Below, in pieces: positions 54,761-62,357 of a stretch of 64,000 nucleotides of DNA. Under the pieces are notes generated by a model, which was not told where the DNA came from, did not search any database, and worked only from the letters and a program-made list of their open reading frames with translations. Source of the DNA: Candidatus Nanoarchaeia archaeon. GTDB taxonomy: Archaea > Nanobdellota > Nanobdellia > CSSed11-243R1. The DNA is taken from contig JAQTNH010000001.1 in NCBI GenBank assembly GCA_028713895.1, forward strand, positions 886,610 to 950,609. The letters run 5' to 3'. Every line of letters starts with the position of its first letter. Positions within the stretch are counted from its first letter, which is position 1. Both the position numbers and the translations under genes were made by a program.

Positions 54761-57700
54761 TTATTTCGGAAAATCTGAGTCAATTTTTATTAAAACATCT
54801 GATATTTCATTAATTCTAGTTCGTATTCTTTTCAACATTTTTTTAGTAACATTTTTTTCATCTTTATTTTTAAATTGTTCTATCATTTTCATTTCAATAT
54901 GAACCGAGTATGCTCCTATTAATCTATATCTTTCGATGTCAGTAATTTTTTTATCTATTTTTATAAAGTCGATTTCATAAAATAAGCGTTCGCCCAATGA
55001 TAAATTAAAGTCCATCATCAATTCAATTGTCGTTAGAGCTAGATTTAATTTCATCTTGTGAATTTTATTAAGAAATATATTTTTTAATTTATCTCCATAT
55101 TCTTTATTGTAGGTCGTAATAACGGCGTATAACATAGAAATGCTATAGGCAGTAAAATTATCGAATACCTTTTTATCCCTAATTATTCTTTTAATTTTAT
55201 TAAAACCTACATTTTTAATTAGTTTATTTATAGAATGACTATCATTCCCAGGAGAATTTGGAACCCAAAATTTTTTTACACTTACATTACGAATATAGTT
55301 CCAATCTCCTCCCTCACTAGTTATAGGTTTACTTGTACCACCAGCAAAAATATTTAAACAAGTAGAAAATTCAATGTTATCAAGATTATCCATAAGTTTC
55401 TTTGTTATTAATGTATATAACATTTTTTTATATTTTGTCGATGTTTGCGCTATTTTTCTAATACAGAGACAGGCGTCTATGAGATTGTGATTCGTTTTTA
55501 ATTTTGTGGTTAATAATGGATATATGATTTTTTCGTCACCAGTATTTGTTCGTAATATAGTGATGAAAAAATCACATAATTCTCCAATATTCTCAATTGT
55601 TATTAATTTATTTTTAGACTCTTTTAATAAAATTTTTCCAATATCACTACGATCTAATCTGTATAAGTATAAAAAATAAAAAGAAAGTTTTTCCATACAT
55701 ATACTATTTTCATCGGATGTCATATATAAATATTCTAAATAATCGTTAATATATGGATCCCTTATTGTAGTATTTATTTTACATTTGAAAAATGTTTTTA
55801 TTAATAGTCTTGTATTTATTTTATTAATTATCTCAATTGCTTTCTCTATGCTTCCTTCTGAAATATCAATTAAATATATCATTTTAAGATCAAATTGATT
55901 AATATAATCAATCTGTTTTACAATGTTGTTTGTATCAAGTTTCATCGTGATTCTTTCAGCTAACTTTTGATTTAAATGTTTTATTCTAATTATTGCGGGT
56001 GGGGGTGATAAAAAATTATATGCGCCAACAATCTTTAAATCTGGATTTTTCATGTCAATCTTTTCAATTACTTGAAAAAAATATTTTTTAAGGATATCTG
56101 AATGATATGCGATTAGTGAAACATTGTTTGATTTATTTATTCTTGAACAGAATAATTCAATATCCATCTTAAAAATAATTTGTTCCATTTTGTTTTTAAT
56201 CTGATTTTCAATTAATTCTAATAAATCAAATGTAAAAGAAATATTATCTGTTTTATTGATCTCTTTTATAAAGAAGGAAATTATCCGATCATCCTGAAGG
56301 ACATTTTTTTTAACAATATCTCGGTTTGGAGCCTTGCTATACCAGGAAACCGAATCTCGTAAAAGATGAACCCAATTTTTTGCTCCATTTATTATATAGC
56401 AATATAGTATATTACTTAAACCGTCGTCGTATTCATTACAAATTGTATGGATTCTATAATTTAAATATCGTACATAATCAAATTTTTTTGCAGTATCATA
56501 ATATAGTTCTGCTATCGAAGTATGACTCATTCCAATTAAATTTTCGGATTCAGTAAGTACTTTATCTGCTAACATTTCATCTATAAGTAAAGGATTGAAT
56601 TTTAATACCTTGATTAGAAAGAATCTGTCAATTTGAATAGAAAACATCATCCAATAAAATGAAGATATTAGTGTAAGTAACTCCAAAGGACTATCATTAT
56701 AATTTGCATACTTTTCCTTAACGTGTTGAAACTCGTATTCGTTAATGAATGAAAAAACTTGTTCATAATTAATATTTTTACCGTCCCAGCTCATTAATAA
56801 ATATGCAAGTTTCCATAAATCATGTCCACTTTTATCAATTAATTCATTTTTTCTTTCGACGGGTATTTCAATATACGTTTTTCGTTTTAAATAAGAGTTA
56901 TAGTTGTCTATTATTTTATCAATAGCATTTCTTCCTATAATATTATAAAACTGTATTTTCTTTTCTGTAAATGCAAATAGTAAATCTTTATTTAAATAAT
57001 CCATTTCATCACGATGCAATCGGGATGTAATAATAAATGTAATATTTTCAAATGTATTTGTTGCTTCAAGAATTTTATTAAATATTTCAATATAGTCCTG
57101 GATATCTTCAAAAATTAAAATAGTTCCATCAACAACGATTTTATCGATATCAATAATAATTGATTCGTGATGGCCTTTTATGAAATCCCGATCAAAATAA
57201 TAGATTTTCAAGCACTTCGTTTCTGCAAGAAGATATCCAACATATTTTGCAATTATACTTTTTCCAGATGCGGGATCCCCATATAAATAATGAAATCGAA
57301 AATCGTTTAAATTTTTTATAATAATATCTACTTCCTCTCGTTTTACAATACAACTGTTAGGATCCATAAAATCCGTCCATATTGGACCAAATGAATTAAA
57401 ATTAGGTCTTGTTTTTTCTAATGAAATGTCCTTGTATAATGCTTGTTGGATGATTTTAAAATATTTTGGTTTTTTCTTGATTTCTTCTTCAATAATTTCG
57501 ACAAGTGTTTTTTCGTTCTTTTCGTTTCTGACAAAGAGATACCTAATGTTCTTTGGTTTTCTGTTATGAAAATTGATTATAAATATCTGTTGTTCATATT
57601 CACTTGTTAATTCGTTATATCTGAAAAAGACTCCTAAATTTTTTATTTCCTTATTTAGCGTTTCAATTATATCTCGACCGAAATTACAGTCCTTTAAAAG

Positions 57701-58264
57701 ATTCATTTTCTTTCTTATGACTTTTTCGTATACACGCTCAATTTCAGTTTTTATTATAGTCTCTTTATTAAGAAATGTCTCACTTAGAATTTTGTTCCAA
57801 TCTATTTCAGAACATATCTCTTGATTAAATTTAACTAAAAAACCAAAGCCTTCTTTTTTTATTTTTTTCATATCTTTATTTTCTATTGCTTCGAGTATTT
57901 CTTTCCGTTTATTACTGTCCATTAATTTATTTTGTAATTCTTCATCAGTTATTAGTTCTGTAACGGTATCAATGGAAAAATTAAAAACTTGATCAAGAAT
58001 TTTTCTATTGATATACGCAATATTAAATGATTTTCTTCTTTGATATTCTTCCAATGTAGTATTGCCCCACGCAATTAGATATGACTCAACAGTAAAATCT
58101 TTTAATTTTTTTAACTCAGTCTTATTTGGATTAAGTTGATTTATTGTTATAATGTCTATTTTCCTTTTTTTTGAGAATAGGGGCCTATTTAAGAGACGAT
58201 ACAGGTCTCCCCCTTCGTTGGGGTTTAGTATTAATTGCTTGTTCTCTATTCTTGATTTAAGCAT
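54761..58264 (-). CDS. 1167-aa STAND-like P-loop NTPase with a long helical C-terminal region
   Basis: Walker A LYGDPASGKSIIAK, Walker B GTILIFEDIQD, about 330-aa N-terminal region, about 700-aa alpha-helical repeat-like tail. Confidence 0.65.
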   Translation of the reverse strand: MLKSRIENKQLILNPNEGGDLYRLLNRPLFSKKRKIDIITINQLNPNKTELKKLKDFTVESYLIAWGNTTLEEYQRRKSFNIAYINRKILDQVFNFSIDTVTELITDEELQNKLMDSNKRKEILEAIENKDMKKIKKEGFGFLVKFNQEICSEIDWNKILSETFLNKETIIKTEIERVYEKVIRKKMNLLKDCNFGRDIIETLNKEIKNLGVFFRYNELTSEYEQQIFIINFHNRKPKNIRYLFVRNEKNEKTLVEIIEEEIKKKPKYFKIIQQALYKDISLEKTRPNFNSFGPIWTDFMDPNSCIVKREEVDIIIKNLNDFRFHYLYGDPASGKSIIAKYVGYLLAETKCLKIYYFDRDFIKGHHESIIIDIDKIVVDGTILIFEDIQDYIEIFNKILEATNTFENITFIITSRLHRDEMDYLNKDLLFAFTEKKIQFYNIIGRNAIDKIIDNYNSYLKRKTYIEIPVERKNELIDKSGHDLWKLAYLLMSWDGKNINYEQVFSFINEYEFQHVKEKYANYNDSPLELLTLISSFYWMMFSIQIDRFFLIKVLKFNPLLIDEMLADKVLTESENLIGMSHTSIAELYYDTAKKFDYVRYLNYRIHTICNEYDDGLSNILYCYIINGAKNWVHLLRDSVSWYSKAPNRDIVKKNVLQDDRIISFFIKEINKTDNISFTFDLLELIENQIKNKMEQIIFKMDIELFCSRINKSNNVSLIAYHSDILKKYFFQVIEKIDMKNPDLKIVGAYNFLSPPPAIIRIKHLNQKLAERITMKLDTNNIVKQIDYINQFDLKMIYLIDISEGSIEKAIEIINKINTRLLIKTFFKCKINTTIRDPYINDYLEYLYMTSDENSICMEKLSFYFLYLYRLDRSDIGKILLKESKNKLITIENIGELCDFFITILRTNTGDEKIIYPLLTTKLKTNHNLIDACLCIRKIAQTSTKYKKMLYTLITKKLMDNLDNIEFSTCLNIFAGGTSKPITSEGGDWNYIRNVSVKKFWVPNSPGNDSHSINKLIKNVGFNKIKRIIRDKKVFDNFTAYSISMLYAVITTYNKEYGDKLKNIFLNKIHKMKLNLALTTIELMMDFNLSLGERLFYEIDFIKIDKKITDIERYRLIGAYSVHIEMKMIEQFKNKDEKNVTKKMLKRIRTRINEISDVLIKIDSDFPK

Positions 58265-58310
58265 AATACCAATCCGAAACCTTTATAAGTTATCACTGTC
58301 CAGTAATATC

Positions 58311-58829
58311 ATGGCAATCATAGATATTGGCAATTGTACCACGAATTTGTACTTAACTAAGCCTAGACTCAATAAACTCGTAACGGTTATAAAAAACTTA
58401 CGCAAAGTTTTACCCGCGTTAAATAAAAACCTCTTTACGGATTATGCCTCATATGGACATGAATTCAAAGGAGATGATTATGATTTCGTTTATTTTGGAG
58501 TTTATATAAAAAAAGACAGTAATAAGAGATTAGACGAGTTGTTTGGCTGCGAACCTGATGGTATTCTTGAAAATAGGATTACATTTGAATTTGAACAAGA
58601 TAATCGAAATAAAAAATATTGGCGTTTTATGAGAGCGGGGCGTCCACTATGTGGTAAAAGATACCAAGAGGTAATAGATGGCAAAGAACGATATGATACT
58701 TGCCCATGTCCTCATGAAGTTAAGGAGTTCTGTAAATATTCAACTAAGGCAGTAAAGAAATTAACATTAAAAACAGAAGAGAAATTATTTGGTAAACGGT
58801 CCGAACTTGTAGGTCATAGTTACAGATAA
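58311..58829 (+). CDS. hypothetical protein
   Basis: Start reset to the ATG at 58311, because the track ORF start lies inside the NTPase gene. Confidence 0.45.
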   Translation: MAIIDIGNCTTNLYLTKPRLNKLVTVIKNLRKVLPALNKNLFTDYASYGHEFKGDDYDFVYFGVYIKKDSNKRLDELFGCEPDGILENRITFEFEQDNRNKKYWRFMRAGRPLCGKRYQEVIDGKERYDTCPCPHEVKEFCKYSTKAVKKLTLKTEEKLFGKRSELVGHSYR

Positions 58830-58991
58830 CTGATTAATTTGATTCTATGGTGATTGTTGTAACTCCATAATCGGTATACGTTGATATGTTTTTTCGTATC
58901 ATTTAATTTTTATCTGACTTATTATTTTTTGATTCCTGTTAAGTTCAAATTTGATTCTTGGTAATCTAATATCATGATAAGTTCTTAGTTC

Positions 58992-59231
58992 TTGGTGAAA
59001 ATGATGTGTAAAAAAATAAATCCAGGAACCGTGCGTCTTGCCTATAAAAAGAAAGATAAAATGCACCCCTGTAAAAATAAAGAAGATAAGGAGACACTCG
59101 GAAAGAAAATAAAGAATTTGATAAATGATATCTTTGATTTTAGGACACCTCCAAGAATCCCTAAAAAACATGAGTCGGATGAAGCAGAGAATATAGAAGA
59201 ATTTGATGATTTGATAGAACGGGGGGATTGA
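58992..59231 (+). CDS. hypothetical basic/acidic small protein
   Basis: 79-aa ORF directly abutting the next gene; preferred over antisense ORF 58899..59171. Confidence 0.35.
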   Translation: MVKMMCKKINPGTVRLAYKKKDKMHPCKNKEDKETLGKKIKNLINDIFDFRTPPRIPKKHESDEAENIEEFDDLIERGD

Positions 59232-59232
59232 A

Positions 59233-59823
59233 ATGAACGCAGATTCTAAGCTCCAACCTGCGACTATTAATAAGAATTACGAAAGGATATTCCCAGCCCC
59301 GCCTAATTCTCAAGATAATGAATTTCAGGAGAAAATGAAGCCTTCTTCTGAGATATCAGGATTCATGAAATGCTGGCAACAAATCGATCATTATCTTCTT
59401 GTCAAGTACCATTACGATGTGCCTAAAAGATGTGATTATTGCTTCCTCACATTTCTAGTATTTGCATTGGAACACAACTTTGATTCTCATGCTGCACGTG
59501 TCTGCAGGTACATCAATAGAATTTTATTAAAAACCGATGATAAAAATCGGATCCCCTTAAGCAGTGTCAGGGAAGCTTTCGAAGACCTCAAAGCGTGTAA
59601 TGTCATTATGCATAATGCTCTACGGGAGCCATATTCCTTAGTTACGCCATTAGCAATAGTTCCTTCTGATTATGATACCATAATCTTTAAACTGGAGAAA
59701 ATCAACCCCATAATAAAGGCGGAATTCGAGGATGGGCACCTATCCACAAGTATCAAACGTGACGAGAAATGGACTGTGATAAAGAAAGGGAGAAATATTC
59801 AGTACATTCAGACAATGCCATAG
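59233..59823 (+). CDS. hypothetical protein
   Basis: 196-aa ORF. Confidence 0.5.
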   Translation: MNADSKLQPATINKNYERIFPAPPNSQDNEFQEKMKPSSEISGFMKCWQQIDHYLLVKYHYDVPKRCDYCFLTFLVFALEHNFDSHAARVCRYINRILLKTDDKNRIPLSSVREAFEDLKACNVIMHNALREPYSLVTPLAIVPSDYDTIIFKLEKINPIIKAEFEDGHLSTSIKRDEKWTVIKKGRNIQYIQTMP

Positions 59824-60033
59824 AAAAACGAAAATGGGCAATCTTCTTCTATTTAATCTTTTTAAATTAATAGCATCAAATTCCCTATCAATCTTCTATA
59901 TCAATTATACCATTTATTCCATTACTCATTCCCTTATCTGGGTGATGTACTCTTGAAAACCATTATATACCCTCCCCGATGAGGGACATGATGCTTCCGG
60001 TCCGATATGACGCGGTGCATCAGAAGGTAAAAA

Positions 60034-60330
60034 ATGAAACGCATAAAAGAGTATCAGAGCGATTTGACCGGTGCGCCAGAGAACAAGAAGATAACCCTGC
60101 TCTACAAGAGCAGTGTCGGCTTGGGCCAGAACGGCACCTGCGAGGCCTCAGAAAGCGATACAATAAAAGAGGTAAAGGAGAGGATCGCTGCAATCGAGGC
60201 TGTAGATGCCACGGGTATCGCCCTGATGTTCGGGGACAAGATCCTCGACGACGGCTGCCGCCTCAAGGAATACGGCATCAGGGACCAGGACAAGATCGAG
60301 GTCGTGCCCAAGCACCGGAGGGGTGGGTAA
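60034..60330 (+). CDS. ubiquitin-like protein ending in Gly-Gly
   Basis: C-terminus ...DKIEVVPKHRRGG followed directly by TAA; beta-grasp-like ..IALMFGDKILDDGCRLKEYGI.. Confidence 0.75.
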   Translation: MKRIKEYQSDLTGAPENKKITLLYKSSVGLGQNGTCEASESDTIKEVKERIAAIEAVDATGIALMFGDKILDDGCRLKEYGIRDQDKIEVVPKHRRGG

Positions 60331-60333
60331 GCG

Positions 60334-60681
60334 TTGGGAATCAACCCGGACCTGAAAGCCAGGTTGTCAAGGGAATCCATCGCAATCCAGGAAGAGGGGA
60401 TACCATTAAGGCCAATTACCCCTCTTCACTGGGTTGGCCTTATCAGATACAGGGGACATGTGGTTCCAAAGCAGGATTACAGATTCACAATAGAGATTCC
60501 TAAAGCATACCCGTATCTTCCGCCGACTGTGACATGGAAGACCCCAGTGATACATCCCAACATATTCATTTCCGGATACGTATGTATCAACATACTGAAA
60601 GACAGCTGGCGGCCTAGCTACTCCCTTATAACAGTATATAAAAGCCTTGCCTGGCTCCTTGACAATCCTAGCAATGATTAG
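60334..60681 (+). CDS. E2 ubiquitin-conjugating (UBC-fold) enzyme
   Basis: HPNIFISGYVCINILKDSWRPSYSL...LLDNP (HPN + Cys84 at 60583-60585); TTG start 3 nt after the Ubl stop; no internal Met. Confidence 0.8.
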   Translation: MGINPDLKARLSRESIAIQEEGIPLRPITPLHWVGLIRYRGHVVPKQDYRFTIEIPKAYPYLPPTVTWKTPVIHPNIFISGYVCINILKDSWRPSYSLITVYKSLAWLLDNPSND

Positions 60682-60691
60682 AGGTGAAAGC

Positions 60692-61390
60692 ATGAGGAAA
60701 AATGACAGCAGTACCGATAGGTTTCTTGCTAACGAAATGATGAACGAGGCCCCCAAAGCAAAGCGGCCTATAAAGAAAAAGGTCATTATGCGCAAAAAAA
60801 AGAAAAAGGCAAAGAGGAAGGATACAACTGAGAATGATGAAAGTACCCAATCCACCCCTTCTGCAAAATGCAAGAATCCCACTTGTCACGGCAAGATTAT
60901 CGTCGTTGCCATGGTGATCACCAAGATGTTCCTATGGGCAGTGGCTCACCCGGGTATGGAATGCGCCGGACTTCTCATCGGAACGGTAAAAGACGGCGTT
61001 CTGGTGATTTCCGACGTTTTCCTATGCAAGAGGGCGAGGGGGACCCATGTATCTATTGAAATTGACCCTATTGATTTCATAGATGCCTTAAAGACCTTGA
61101 AAAAAGAAGAGGGAATATATGGATGGGCGCACAGCCATCCTGGATTTGGGCCATTTATGTCTGGAACAGACGTCACTACACAAAGGGATTTCCAGAACCT
61201 GTTTCCAATGGCAGTTGCGCTGGTTCTGGACCCATTTCATTATGGCGCAATTGAATTCAAGTTCTTTAGAATCAGGACCTCGGACCCTGAGCAAGTCGAG
61301 GAAATACAATACGAATGGAGGCAGGAACAAAATGATACACAAAAGGCAGACCTTGATTGGCGGCTGGGACCAAAAGTCGGTTTCAAATAG
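60692..61390 (+). CDS. JAB/MPN+ (JAMM) isopeptidase with a lysine-rich N-terminal tail
   Basis: MECAGLLIG and WAHSHPGFGPFMSGTD (HxHx7Sx2D, His codon at 61130); alternative starts at 60647 and 60674. Confidence 0.85.
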   Translation: MRKNDSSTDRFLANEMMNEAPKAKRPIKKKVIMRKKKKKAKRKDTTENDESTQSTPSAKCKNPTCHGKIIVVAMVITKMFLWAVAHPGMECAGLLIGTVKDGVLVISDVFLCKRARGTHVSIEIDPIDFIDALKTLKKEEGIYGWAHSHPGFGPFMSGTDVTTQRDFQNLFPMAVALVLDPFHYGAIEFKFFRIRTSDPEQVEEIQYEWRQEQNDTQKADLDWRLGPKVGFK

Positions 61391-62039
61391 AAAAGTGGCT
61401 GTTATTGCGGAAGGGGCATCAGAATCCGCAGCTACAATCGGCTGTGCGCGCATTGGCATAGGAAGCCTAGTTGTTGTAGATTATGACATCCTTCAGGAAC
61501 ATAACCTTGAGAATCAGGCATATACGGAAAAACACCTTGGCATGCTCAAAGTTGAGGCGATAAAGGAGATAATTCGTGAAATTGACCCCAAAATTGAGGT
61601 TATTGCTTATGCTAAGCGTGTTGAAGAGCTGACAAACGAGGAACTGAAGGCGGATGTGTTTCTTTCAGGCCTAGATGCAATTGCACCCAGGTTCTATGTT
61701 AACTGGAAGGCTGTACAACAAGGTGTCCCATTAATAGATGTTGGGATAGAAGGGTTTGAAGGAACCATAAGAACCGTTATTCCTGGAAAGACCCCCTGCC
61801 TCGAATGCCATCCTGCGCTAATGCCTGAATCAAAAATAAAGCATGGTTGCTCCGAAGACCCGATACCATCAACATACATCACTGCCCAGATTGGGGCAGC
61901 AATACAAGTCATGCAGTTGATTAAGATAATTCACGGATGGGAAGTTGAGCCGTATATCTGTTTCAACCTGATGACTGGCAAATCAAATGTCGTAAAAATT
62001 AAAAGAAATCCCGACTGCCCGTTGTGCGGAGGGATATAG
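61332..62039 (+). CDS. E1-like ThiF/MoeB-family adenylyltransferase (divergent nucleotide loop)
   Basis: KRQTLIGGWDQKSVSNRKVAVIAEG...LVVVDYD...NLENQ, LDAIAPRFYVN, CLEC...CPLC; overlaps the JAB gene by 59 nt. Confidence 0.75.
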   Translation: MIHKRQTLIGGWDQKSVSNRKVAVIAEGASESAATIGCARIGIGSLVVVDYDILQEHNLENQAYTEKHLGMLKVEAIKEIIREIDPKIEVIAYAKRVEELTNEELKADVFLSGLDAIAPRFYVNWKAVQQGVPLIDVGIEGFEGTIRTVIPGKTPCLECHPALMPESKIKHGCSEDPIPSTYITAQIGAAIQVMQLIKIIHGWEVEPYICFNLMTGKSNVVKIKRNPDCPLCGGI

Positions 62040-62055
62040 AAAAAGGAGGAATCTC

Positions 62056-62274
62056 ATGGTTGACATACTTGCACCTGAAGAGGACAAGCCGGTCGTGATT
62101 CAAATCCTGGAGTTTGCCCTTCTTGGAGTCACGCTATTGTGTTTCATCGGCTTCGCTATCTGCGCGATACTCAACGGAATGACTGAAAATTATCTAGTGC
62201 TGATAATTTCGAGCCTATTCTCCGTTATTTCGGCTGCTATGTTCTTCGTAATCCGGAGTGTGAAAGGAAAGTGA
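62056..62274 (+). CDS. 72-aa 2-TM membrane protein
   Basis: Two hydrophobic helices. Confidence 0.5.
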   Translation: MVDILAPEEDKPVVIQILEFALLGVTLLCFIGFAICAILNGMTENYLVLIISSLFSVISAAMFFVIRSVKGK

Positions 62275-62357
62275 CTATTTTCTTTCAATATAGAAAGAAA
62301 TTCTTTAAATGGTATGCAAAGGCATTCCTTGGGATCAAGAGTATTTCATCAACAAGG

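Noticed and set aside
58899-59171. 90-aa minus-strand ORF
   Set aside because: It is antisense to the plus-strand ORF 58992..59231, which abuts the next plus gene in operon fashion. Its hydrophobic F/I-rich translation is typical of reverse-frame AT-rich DNA.
59979-60503. 174-aa Arg/Gly-rich ORF spanning the Ubl and E2 genes
   Set aside because: It is an alternative frame of a GC-richer region with a low-complexity R/G/P composition. The overlapping frames carry unmistakable ubiquitin-like and UBC motifs.
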